From the NCBI GenBank assembly GCA_043228905.1, contig JBHGNT010000001.1, forward strand, positions 37,200,001 to 37,264,000: a DNA stretch of 64,000 nucleotides, given 5' to 3'. The translations under genes and the position numbers were made by a program. The stretch is from Azolla caroliniana (Eukaryota > Plantae > Polypodiophyta). Numbering within the stretch: position 1 is the first letter of the stretch; every line of letters begins with the position of its first letter. Below are positions 41,969-53,000 of the stretch, in pieces. The notes below the pieces were generated by a model, which did not search any database, was not told where the DNA came from, and saw only the letters and a list, made by a program, of their open reading frames with translations.

Positions 41969-43099
41969 TGTAAAGAATTGGATATGATTCTTGTGTAGCG
42001 GAAGAGATATGTGTTATGTGTATGTGTGAGAGGAATTAGAGAAGAGAATGGAAACACAAGATAGATAAGCTAGAGAAATGCAATATTCAAGAAGAAGATG
42101 TATATTCACAAGTAGAATGAGAAATACAAAATTGCATTACAAGGAGTCACAACTGACTTAGTATGAAGTATGAGGAGGGTGCTTTATATAGAGTCACCCT
42201 CTCTCTTCATTAACTTACAACAACCACTCTCTCTCTCTCTTAGGGAATGTGAAGACTCATAGTCATGGGGAATATGTAACTCATTAGTTATGTGTCATAG
42301 AATATGATTCTATGACACATAGTTAATGTGTAGAGAGTAATGGTGTGACTCTTGACCTTTGAGTAATCATAGATTCTCAAAAGGTGTGTTCACACATTGT
42401 GCTATGTTCAGCTTGATTCTCAACACGCCCCCTCAAGCTCAACTTGGGTTGGTTCCTTTCGATTGATGTCTGCTTTGGTTGGTATCCGGTTCGGACGGTA
42501 TCCGGTTCTCGCTTGTACTCCCCCTCAAGCTTGGCAAGTCAGGGATCGTCAATCCAAGGTCTGACATGAATTGCCGAAGCTTGTCGGCTCCTAAGGCTTT
42601 GGTGAAGATGTCTGTCGTTTGAAGGTTCATGTTGATGTGTTGAAGGTCAACATCTCCGGCCTGTACGCGCTCTCGAATGAAGTGATAGTGCACTTCGATA
42701 TGCTTTGTGCGTGCGCGGAACACTGGGTTCCGAGCCAAATATATACTGCTCTTGTTGTCGCAGTAAAGGGGAGTCGGATCCTTGATGGGAACTCCTAAAT
42801 CCTTCAAAATCCTCTTGAGCCATACGGCTTCACATGCAACTATGGTTGCGCCCCTGTATTCCACCTCCGTACTCGAAAGAGCGACGGTAGGCTGCTTCTT
42901 GCTACTCCACGAAATCGCTCCGCTGCCGAGGGAGAAAACAAATCCGGAGGTCGATCGTCGATCGGCTTTGTAGCCAGTCCAGTTTGCGTCTGTGTACCCT
43001 TTGAGTCGTATTGGTGTGGCCGATGCGTAGAGAACGTCGTAATCCATTGTGCCGCTCACATATCGTAATACTCGCTTAGCGCAATCCAAGTGAATGTTG

Positions 43100-43554
43100 T
43101 GTTGGGAGACAGGTCCCTCCGGATGTGAAGGGAGAAGAACAGTGCCGACGAACAAACTCGGCCGAGGCCGAAACGGTATGAGGAGTACCCGGCTACGGAG
43201 AGCCGGATGGTACAGACCCAGTGAAGACCGGATGAGGAGTACTCGGCTACGGAGAGCTGGATGGTGCAGACCCGGTGAAGACCGGATGAGGAGTACCCGG
43301 CTACGGAGAGCCGGATGGTGCAGGCCTGGTGAGAACCGGATGAGGAGCACCTGGCTACGGAGAGCCGGATGACGCAGACCCGGTGAGAACCGGAGGAAGA
43401 GACATATTCGTAAATATGTTTCTGAGAGCCCATCGAGGCTATATTTGTAAATAGCCGAAAAGTCATATTAGTATAAATATGACTTAGGGCAAACTTTTTG
43501 TAGTTGCTGTCATTTTTCCTTGTTGGTGCAAGAAGAAGAGAGAGCGCGTAACTG

Positions 43555-43588
<34 letters not shown>

Positions 43589-43872
43589 AAGGTCGTTGCC
43601 TCTGTTGTAACTGCCGCCTGTGGCGAAGATCGTGAGCACGAGGTCGTTGCCTCCGTGAACTCACTGTTTGTACATTCTTACATAGTGACAGTTTGCAGCT
43701 TGTGGACTGTCGTGGTTTTTCCCCTAGTTTGGGGTTTTCCACGTAAACCTCCTATGTATTGTGTGTATCTTCTCTCACTTCGTGTCGTGCATTTGTTTCC
43801 CGTTTTCTGCGTATGAAAAGAAGCTCGGTTGTGGCCGAGCGTTGGACATAAGGAGCGTTTGAGTTCCCGTCA
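43100..43872 (+). mobile_element. Solo LTR (773 bp) related to the LTR of copia D
   Basis: TG...CA termini. TSD TGTTG at 43095-99 and 43873-77. Splits host codons MQKPRN/IHLDCAKR. Colinear with the reverse complement of 49786-50398. Four 54-bp tandem units at 43175-43390. Confidence 0.9.
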
Positions 43873-45085
43873 TGTTGCGTGGTTTTTGCATGAAATGGAT
43901 GAGGAGTCCGATTGGATAGCTAAGGTCGGTCGAGTGATCGTGAGATAGATGAGGCTCCCGATTAGTTGACGATATTGGGTCGGCTCGCACTCGTCTGTGT
44001 TGGAGTCAACATCTAGTTTGAGGTTTCGATCGAGAGGCGTAGCAATCGATTTGCACTCAGTCATCGGAAACTCGTATAACAAGTTGAGAATGTAGTGCCG
44101 TTGAGAGATCATAATGGCGGCCGGAATCTGAATTACTTCGATGCCAAGGAAGTAATGGAGCTCCTTCATGTCTGTCATCTCGAATTTTCCAGAGAGGAGA
44201 GACTTGACCTTGTTGATGTCGACTAAACTTTCACCTCCAATGACCAGATCATTCACGTATAGGATTATGACAATTAAGCTTCTAGAGTCGTGTCGTACGT
44301 AGAGGGAGTTGTTGGATTTCGACATTTGAAAGCCGATTTGATGAAGATATTGCGTAATCTTCGAATGCCAAGCACGCGGTGCTTGCTTAATGCCGTAGAG
44401 TGGCTTCTTGAGTTGGCATACAACTTTTGGATGAATGCGCGATTCGAAGCCGAGTGGTTGTACCATGTACACCTCCTCGTCTAATTCGCCTTGGAGAAAG
44501 GCGTTCTTGACGTCCATTTGGTGGAGGTGCCACCCTTTTTGCTGCTGCAAGTGTGATCACGGTCCACATCTTCGTCATCTTTGCCACCAGGGCAAAGGTC
44601 TCTTCATAGTCAACGCATGCATCTGTGCGTATCCTTTCGCTACGAGTTGAGCTTTGTAGCGGTTTACGGAGCCATCGACGTTATACTTCACCTTGTAGAT
44701 CCATCTGCAACTGATTGCCTTCTTGTGCGGTGAGTGGGGAACGAGATCCCATGTCTCATTCTTGCGTAATGCAAGTATCTCCTTGTTCATTGCTTCGATC
44801 CATCGCGGGTCCTTCACGGCTTTGGAAAAGGTTTCCGGCTCTCGTATTGTCGCTACCTTCATCATAAAGGCGTAATGGTATGCCATATAATCGTTGTAGT
44901 TGAATTGGCTTACAAGGTTCTTTTCACGGGTGGATCGGCGGAGCTTCTCGTTGTCGCGAAGATGCGCGTGCGAGCGTGCTTCGCTTGAGCGGGACCACCG
45001 GGGTCTTGGACCAAGGAGGATGTTCGTCAAGGTATTGAGAAGAAGACGATGTGAATGTAAGATTGGAGGAACACCTATTACACTT

Positions 45086-45892
45086 GGTTGAGGCTAGTGA
45101 GCATAAGGAAAGGCAAGCATGAGACGAGAAATGATGATAAAGGAAAGTTAGGTGACCAAGGAGATGGCCGAGATGAAGGTGGCACATGCATGAGGCATGA
45201 AGCGTTATGCTCGGGAGGAGCAAAGGGAACCATGACAACTAGACATGGCAATAAAAAAGGTGAGCGAATGATATGGTGGATCGGATGGCAACGACAGTTC
45301 GAAGTAGACGACAAAAAGACGACAAATAGAACATCCAAAGCACTTAGTAGTAGCTTTAATGGTAAGGTAATTGCCTCTTATCTTAGAGGTGCAAGGTTCA
45401 AATCCTACTTGCAACCCTCTACATGCACTCAATGCCATTGTGACCTAGGTTTATTTATTTTCATTTTTACGAGTATTCGTGAAATGTGTGTGGATCAGCA
45501 ATTTTTGACTTTTTCTCGCACTAGACATGCCACATCACGACATCCACCCCCACCAAACCGCACATCCTCCGGTATGTGCCAAGAAGAAAAGAGTGATGTG
45601 GAAGGGTCAAAGGTAGTTGGTGTTTGATTTCCTCCTTTCTTGCGCCTCGTCCGCACCGTCTTTTTGTCGTCTACTTCGAACTGTCATTGCCATCCGATCC
45701 ACCATATCATTCGCTCACCTTTTTTATTGCCATGTCTAGTTGTCATGGTTCCCTTTGCTCCTCCCGAGCATAACGCTTCATGCCTCATGCATGTGCCACC
45801 TTCATCTCGGCCATCTCCTTGGTCACCTAACTTTCCTTTATCATCATTTCTCGTCTCATGCTTGCCTTTCCTTATGCTCACTAGCCTCAACC
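45086..45892. repeat. 236-bp inverted repeat (arms 45086-45321 and 45657-45892)
   Basis: Arms are reverse complements with one visible mismatch (CGA vs TGA); 335-bp spacer. Confidence 0.93.
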
Positions 45893-47840
45893 GGGTGTCA
45901 CGACTCGTCTGCTTCGACCTCTGCCTAGGCCGGTTCAACTTTTGTCTGTCTCGACCAATCAGCTTCTGGCTTGGTCGGCCTTCTTCCGGATTCGCATTCG
46001 GCTGAATCAGACTCAGACGATCGACTTTCGTCCGGGTTAGTTTCCATCCAGTTTTCGGTTGGGTCGGGCCCGTTTGATCAACTCTCGTTCGGGTCGGCTT
46101 CCGTTCGGGTCGGAATACCAACCGCGTCATCTTCCATCCGGATTGTATTCTGGTTCTTCCTTTCTTGCCGCTATCTGGCTCTTCATCGAACTCTATTGTA
46201 GCTTTGTTTTTGGCGTCCTTGCTGGCCACAGTTCCTCCGTATGCGCTGGCGTCGACCCTCATCTCCTCGCCGCCACCTTCCATCTCTCCGGTCTTATGTT
46301 CGCTCTCGGGCACAACTGCCGAAGTCTCCAGAATCGGTGTGGAGGGATTCCTTCGTCTATGGCCATCCTCCTCATCGTTGTTTCGGTCCTTTGATTTCCA
46401 GCCGCCACCTTCTGTCTCTCCGGTCTCACGTTGACACTCGGGCACAACTGTCGAAGTCTCAGGAACAATTGTGGGGAGAACCTCGACACCATCGGTCACC
46501 GTCCTCTCATCCGTAGCCATCTTTCGCTCAATGTTGTTATTCACATTTTCTTCAATATTTTCTTCCCCACCACTTTCCGTCTCTTGGGTCTCATGTTGGC
46601 TCTCGGACGCAATTGCCCAAGTCTCTAGATCAAGTGTTGGGAAAGTCTCGACACGGTCATTCACCGTGGACTCTTCCTTAGCCATCTGCGACTCAATGTC
46701 GTTCCTCGTGGCTACCACCTCAATCACGTCGACTTTGCACTCTTTACATCCCTTGATCACACAAGCTTCCCTCATGCTTGCACCTTCATTACTCGATATT
46801 TCGGACACAACATGTGTTCTGAAATGCTCGTCCACTCTTAAAGCAACATTTCCCGCTCTCGAGTCTTCGGCCTTTCTCTTGACCGTCGTTCCTCCATAAG
46901 TCGAGAAGGTGGCTTGTTTCACACCTTCTCCCATGGTACTGTCATACCAAACCTGGGCCTTCGTATTGGCTGCACCATTAGTCTGCATTTGTCGGGAGGT
47001 CTCCTCTTCGTCGATCACCATTTTCCTCGGTTTTGTTTTTAGCTTCTCTTCAACCTCGACTTGTGCCTTTAAGTTCATTAATGCCTCTCTCATCAAGGCT
47101 TCTATGTTGAGTTCTTTTGAAGCTTCCCTCTTCGAGCTTTCTTCCTTCAGTGGGTTTTTATTGCCACATCCCATTCTCCTTTGAACATCCCTTGTGGGTC
47201 GTGTTGTTGTCGATGAGAGTCTCATCTCCCTCTTATCGTGTTGTCGGCATACCCTTTCCACTTTGGCCCAATCCTCAGTGAGGCCATTTTCACCATTGTC
47301 ATCCTCGAGTTGGATTCCAATGGCCTTCCTTTCATTCCGATCGATTGACTTTACAAACATCAGAACTTTATTCACCCCCACCAATCTTCGATCCCGGTCC
47401 GAGAGTTGAGCGAAGCGATACTCAAACTCAACGAATGCATGCATAGCACTCTGGTGGGTCTTTCTCGATGACACCCATTCGTGAAACTCATACAGACCTC
47501 GTCCCTTTTGCTCTTCGTAACTATATGATTCTCGTAAAGCTTCTTTGAAGGACACCCACGAATCGTGAGTTTTTTGAATCTCTTTAATCTCTTCGAAGAT
47601 CGGTTCGGCCACCACTCGACAAAAGTACTCCAGCCTCATTGCTTCCTCCACTCCTCTTGAATCCATTTCGGCATTGTAGGCCTTTAGAAATTTTTGGACT
47701 TTGCCTCCATCGAAAAACCCGACTCGCTTGATCATGCTTTCGACGGCTTGTTGGGCCGCATGTCGTGTTTTCCCTTCTCTTGAAAACTCCATCAGCATCT
47801 TTGACATTGCCTTCATTAGATATTCCTCGTCCAACTTCAT
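45684..47840 (-). CDS. Gag-like protein of the TR-GAG-like element, 718 aa, with long low-complexity acidic C-terminal half
   Basis: ATG lies ~15 nt after the PBS. The N-terminus FDGGKVQKFLKAYNAEM...SWVSFKEALRESY...AFVEFEYRFAQLS is gag capsid-like. Internal repeats of P-T/I-L-x-x-E-T-S-x-V-V-P-E. No PR/RT/INT motifs. Confidence 0.72.
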   Translation of the reverse strand: MKLDEEYLMKAMSKMLMEFSREGKTRHAAQQAVESMIKRVGFFDGGKVQKFLKAYNAEMDSRGVEEAMRLEYFCRVVAEPIFEEIKEIQKTHDSWVSFKEALRESYSYEEQKGRGLYEFHEWVSSRKTHQSAMHAFVEFEYRFAQLSDRDRRLVGVNKVLMFVKSIDRNERKAIGIQLEDDNGENGLTEDWAKVERVCRQHDKREMRLSSTTTRPTRDVQRRMGCGNKNPLKEESSKREASKELNIEALMREALMNLKAQVEVEEKLKTKPRKMVIDEEETSRQMQTNGAANTKAQVWYDSTMGEGVKQATFSTYGGTTVKRKAEDSRAGNVALRVDEHFRTHVVSEISSNEGASMREACVIKGCKECKVDVIEVVATRNDIESQMAKEESTVNDRVETFPTLDLETWAIASESQHETQETESGGEENIEENVNNNIERKMATDERTVTDGVEVLPTIVPETSTVVPECQRETGETEGGGWKSKDRNNDEEDGHRRRNPSTPILETSAVVPESEHKTGEMEGGGEEMRVDASAYGGTVASKDAKNKATIEFDEEPDSGKKGRTRIQSGWKMTRLVFRPERKPTRTRVDQTGPTQPKTGWKLTRTKVDRLSLIQPNANPEEGRPSQKLIGRDRQKLNRPRQRSKQTSRDTRLRLVSIRKGKHETRNDDKGKLGDQGDGRDEGGTCMRHEALCSGGAKGTMTTRHGNKKGERMIWWIGWQ

Positions 47841-48346
47841 CCTCCCCTACCGCTCTTCACGTCGGGTTCACCAAACATTGTGTCGCGAAGATGCGCGTGC
47901 GAGCGTGTTTCGCTTGAGCGGGACCACCGGGGTCTTGGACCAAGGAGGATGTCCGTCAAGGTATTGAGAAGAAGACGATGTGAATGTAAGATTGGAGGAA
48001 GACCTATTAGACTTGAGAAGATTGAAGATTGTACACTTGAGAAGTAGATAAATAATTGCAAGATCGATGCGAAGAAGAAGAAATAGAAGCTTATATTATT
48101 GATGGTGATGATGATGGTCATATCATATTGAGCCCCCCCCTTTACACAAGCCGTACTAGGGGTTTTATAGGTTTGTCCATGCACAAAAACCATGGGCTTG
48201 GAGCCATGGTTTCTATGCACACAGTTTTGCTTTGTAACATGCAGGAAACCATGGGCTTAAAACCGTGGTTTTGTGTACACGATTTTGTTCGTTTGTTTCC
48301 TACGGAATACTGAACATGAGAAAGAAATATAGAACATCTAAAGCAC

Positions 48347-48418
48347 TTAGTAGTAGCTTTAGTGGTAAGGTAATTGCCTCTCATCTTAGAGGTGCAAGGT
48401 TCAAATCCTACTTGCAAC
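48347..48418 (+). other. tRNA-like/SINE-head cassette inside the 5' LTR (second copy at 45345-45415)
   Basis: A-box-like tagtggtaagg (48360-70), stem-loop gcctct-catctt-agaggt, B-box ggttcaaatcc (48398-408), downstream T-runs. No convincing acceptor stem. Confidence 0.6.
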
Positions 48419-49785
48419 CCTCTACATGCACTCAATGCCATTGTGACCTAGGTTTATTTATTTTCATTTTTAACAAGTATTCGTGAAATGTGTGTGGATC
48501 CTCAAATTTTGACTTTTTCTCGCACTAGACATGCCACATCACGACATCATTTGCGGATACTATGGCTTTCTCCGTTCCATTTGTCCGGACCTCAAGGCCT
48601 TCGAACTCACTATCGAGGGAGTGAGTTGATTTATTGTCGTCGAAGTGATTGTCTTCATACTCCGGCATTTTTGTCTTCCCTTTGTCCATCTTCGGACTTG
48701 GCCGAGATGTGCTTTGATCACTCGGGGGCTCTTGTGGCCCACTAAGCCTTGTTGTAATTGGGCTTTCGTCGAACATGTGCGTGATTTGATCTTCGGCTTC
48801 TTTCTCTATTTCGGCGGAATCCGGGTCGAGTGGAATTGAAGTCAAAGTTGTCTCTAGTGCGTACCAGGATGCGGACTCGTCGAAAACGACGTCTCGACTT
48901 ACTCGAGATTTTCGAGTTGAGGGGTTGTAGCACTTATACCCCTTTTGCTCTAGTGAGTATCCTACGAGGATACATTTCTCCGACTTCAGGTCGAGCTTTT
49001 GACGCTTCTCATCGGGGATGTGCACGTATGCAATGAAGCCGAATATCTGAACATGCGATAGGTCCGACTTCTTTCCCAAGAACTTCTCGTGCGGAGTAAG
49101 TTCGTGCACACCCAATGTCGTACACCGATTCATAAGATAGACGGCCATGTTAGTTGCTTCCACCCAATACGATTTCGGCATGTGCTTTTCGTTAAGCATA
49201 GCCCGTGCCACTTCGAGGATGTGCCGATTCTTGCGTTTGGCCACTCCGTTTTGTTGCGGCGTATGTCGACACGAAAACTCTCTCCGTATTCCTTCTTTTC
49301 GTAGAAACGCCGAAAATTCGTCGGAGAAGTACTCCTTGCCTCCATCCGACCGAAGACATCGCACATGTCGGCCCGTGGCTTTCTCGACTTCATTCTTAAA
49401 TTTTTGGAAGTGTCTGAACACTTCGCTCTTTTGTCGCATTGGATAGATCGAAGTGTGCCTAGAGAAGTCGTCGATGAAGGTCATGTAGTATTGGCATTCG
49501 TCGAATGTCGCCGTTTGAGCCGGACCCCATACATCGGAATGAATTACGTCAAGTACGCCTTTGCTCACGTTTCGCTCCTTCGGAAATGGGTGTCGATGTT
49601 GCTTGCCGAATTGGCAAGCGGCACACACGCCTTTAATCTCTTTCTCCGTGAATGTCGGGAGCCCGATGACAACTCCTTTCGATTGCATTGCCTTGAGCTT
49701 TTGGAGGTTGATATGACCAATACGCTTGTGCCATAACTCTATGTCACATTGTCGAAGTTAAGAGTTACCAAAGTTCCTTTGTTGA

Positions 49786-50047
49786 TGTTGCACACAGCGC
49801 TCGGCCACGACCGAGGAATATGATTAGCTCACAGAAAACAGGAAATACAAAATGCACCGTTCAGTAGAGAGAAGAGTACACAGGATGTTTTACGTGGAAA
49901 ACCCTAACTGGGAAAAACCACGGGAGTCCTCAAACTCCAACTATCACTATGAACAGAGATGTACAATGGTGAAGCTTCAAGGCAACAACCTTGAGCTCAC
50001 TATCTTCGCCACAGGCAGCGGTAATACACAGAGGCAACGACCTCTTC

Positions 50048-50078
<31 letters not shown>

Positions 50079-53000
50079 CTGCTCTCTTCACTCTCTCAAA
50101 GTGAAAACAGAAAAATGAGCAACAACATCAAAACTGTTTGCCCTAAGTCATATTTATACACATATGACTTTCGGGCTATTTACAAATATAGCCTCAAGGG
50201 CCCTTGGCAAACATATTCACAAATATGTCCCCGCATCCGGATCTCTCTCCGGGTACATACGTCATCCGGCTCCGTAGCCGGGGTCTTCGTCATCCGGCTC
50301 CGTAGCCGGGGTCTTCGTCATCCGGCTCCGTAGCCGGGGCCAGGCCTGCCGTCATTCATCTCCGGACATCCCATCCGGAGGGACCGAAAATCCCAACAAA
50401 CTCCCCCTTCACTTCGGCATGGGATGTCTCTCCAATCCGATCCTCTTCCGGCATGCTTCCAGCTTGTCGGGTGTAAGTACCTTGGTCAGCATATCCGACC
50501 CGTTCTCGTCCGTGTGGATCTTCGTCAGCACGAACTCCTTGTCTTCTATCCTTTCCCGGATCCAGTGGTATCTACGCTGGATGTGCTTCGTCCGGGAGTG
50601 ATAGGCCGCATTCTTCGCAAGGTGGATGGCACTCTGATTGTCGCAGTAGAGTCGGTACTCCTCCTGCCGGATACCGAGCTCTCTAATGAAGTCCTTCATC
50701 CATATTATTTCCTTGCCGGCTTCAACAGCCGCCATGTACTCCGCCTCCGTGGTTGACAACGCAACCGTCTTCTGCAACCTCGACTGCCACGAAACGGCTC
50801 CCCCTGCATATGTCATTACATACCCAGATGTAGACCGGCTGGTATCCGCATCAGCCGACATATCCGAATCGGTAAATCCATCGAGTTCGGGTTTACCGGA
50901 GCCGAATCGGAGGCACATGTTCGAAGTGCCCTTTAAGTATCGGAGTATCCATTTGACAGCGTTCCAGTGCTCCTTGCCGGGATTACTCATATACCGGCTC
51001 ACCACTCCAACTGCATATCCTATGTCCGGTCTTGTACACACCATTGCGTACATCAAGCTCCCGACGGCAGAGGCATATGGTACTTTCATCATGTCCTCCT
51101 TCTCAGCCTTTGTCTTGGGGCTTTGCTTGCTGGACAACTTGCAGTTTGCCGGGAGTGTTGACCCGACCGGTCTTGCTTCCGACATGTTGAATCGGTGAAG
51201 CACCTTTGTCACGTACTTCTCCTGTGACAGCCACAGCTGCTTCTTCTTCCGGTCCCGGATGATGTGCATCCCTAGTATTTGCCTCGCCGGACCCAGGTCC
51301 TTCATTGAGAAGGTTCGGTGAAGAGCCTTCTTCAGCATCCGTATCTTGACCTGGTCTCGTCCGACGATCAACATGTCGTCCACGTACAGGAGGAGTATTA
51401 GAAAGTCTCCTCCTTCGAACTTCTTCACAAACACGCAATGATCGGACTGCGTTTTGTGGTACCCTTCGTCTGTCATGAAGGAGTCGAACTTCCGGTACCA
51501 TTGCCGGGGAGCCTGCTTCAGACCGTAAAGGCTCTTCTTCAACCGGCATACCAGGTGCTCCTTCCCTTTCTTCTCGAATCCTTCCGGTTGCTACATGTAG
51601 ATCTCTTCTTCGAGGTCGCCGTGAAGGAATGCCGTCTTCACGTCCATCTGTTCTACCTCGAGGTCCATGCTTGCCGCTATGCTCAGCACCGTCCGGATGG
51701 AGGTCATCTTCACTACCGGGGCAAATATCTCGTCGAAGTCGACGCCCTTCTTCTGCTGGAACCCCTTCACCACGATCCTGGCTTTGTATCTAGGGGGGTT
51801 TCCGGCATCTCCCGGTTTCAGCTTGAACACCCACTTGTTTCGAAGTGCCCGCTTTCCTTTCGGCAACTCCACAAGTTCATATGTGTGGTTCTCATGCAGG
51901 GAATCCATCTCCTCCTGCATGGCACTTAACCACCTGCGGCTATGGGTGTCAAGCTTTGCTTCTTCAAAACTCTCCGGCTCCCCCTCGTCGGTTAGCAGCA
52001 CGTGCTCTGGTTCTGGAAATCTCCGGGGGGCCCTTCTCTCTCTTAGAGGATATCTCCGTTCCGGAGCTTCGGTAACCGGCTCCTCCGTTTCCTCTTCATC
52101 CGAATCCATTTCGGGATTGGGGCCGGTTCCGGTATCATTTTCATCTTCCTCGGCCGGTTCTGTTTCTTCACCGTCTTCGGCCGGATCCTCGAGTGCTAAC
52201 CGGTCCCTTGCCGGTCGGGACTGCTCTCCGTAGAGTTGATTCTCACCGGTCGACTTTGAGCTCTTCATCTTCTTCTCCGACTCCCAGTCGGCGAGTGTCT
52301 TGTCCTCCATGAAGATGATATCACGACTCCTGAATATCTTCTTGTCGACCGGGTCCCATACTCGGTAGCCGAACTCGTCGTCGCCGTAACCGAGGAATAT
52401 GCATGGCCGGGTCTTTGGATCTAGCTTTCCTCTCCGGTCCTTTGCCACATGCACATATGCGAGACACCCGAACACCTTCAGATGCCGGTAGGATACTTCC
52501 CTACCGGTCCACACTCTCTGCGGCGTGTCTCCGTCCAAAGGTACTGAGGGTGATCTGTTTATCACGTATGTCGCCGTCGACATTGCCTCAGCCCAAAACC
52601 CCTTGGGTAATTTCGCATGCGCCAGCATACTCCGGACCCTCTCCATTATGGTCCGGTTCATCCTCTCGGCCAGCCCGTTCAGTTCCGGCGTCTTCGGCAC
52701 AGTAAACTCGAGCCGGATTCCCTTCGAGCGACAGTACTCCGCGAACTGCCCCCGGTATTCTCCTCCGTTATCCGCTCGTATCGCTTTCAGCTCCTTGCCG
52801 GATTCCCTTTCCACTCTCGCGTGGAGTTCTTTGAAGACGGACAATACTTGGTCCTTTGTCTTCAACGGTGCCGTCCACAGCTTCCGGTTGTGGTCATCAA
52901 TGAATGTCACGAAGTACTAGGCTCCGCCATGTGACTTCGTTTCTACTTGACACACATCAGTGTGCACCAACTCCAATGGTGCGCTACGTCTCGTCGGTGG

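Larger units (their letters stand above)
44952..48546 (-). mobile_element. Non-autonomous gag-only LTR retroelement (TR-GAG-like) with tRNA-Trp PBS
   Basis: LTRs 44952-45542 and 47881-48546 (TGTCGCG...CACGACA). Flanks TCGT/TCAT (4-bp TSD, one transition). PBS at 47856-47873 reads TTCACGTCGGGTTCACCA on plus. PPT tgggggtgga next to 45543. Single ORF, no pol. Confidence 0.9.
41969..49746 (-). mobile_element. Decayed Ty1/copia element A (5'-deleted), interrupted by two insertions
   Basis: GAG-pre-INT/INT 49746-48547 (IELWHKRIGH, HSDVWGP, LRSDGGKEY, TPQQNGVA); RT 44951-43873 (HQMDVKNAFL, LYVNDLVIGG); RNase H 43099-42520 (GYTDANW, YCDN, TKHIEVHYHFIRE, SLRGS). PPT agcttgagggggcg. 3' LTR ~41969-42425, left edge approximate. 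Confidence 0.9.

Noticed and set aside
42439-43350. 303-aa ORF with N-terminal repeats fused to RNase H
   Set aside because: Chance in-frame fusion of solo-LTR 54-bp repeats with interrupted copia RNase H; the TSD shows it is an insertion junction.
43175-43390. Possible CRISPR-like array
   Set aside because: Head-to-tail repeats without unique spacers, inside a plant LTR; no cas genes.
48347-48418. Functional tRNA gene
   Set aside because: No proper acceptor stem or 7-nt anticodon loop; kept only as a tRNA-like cassette.
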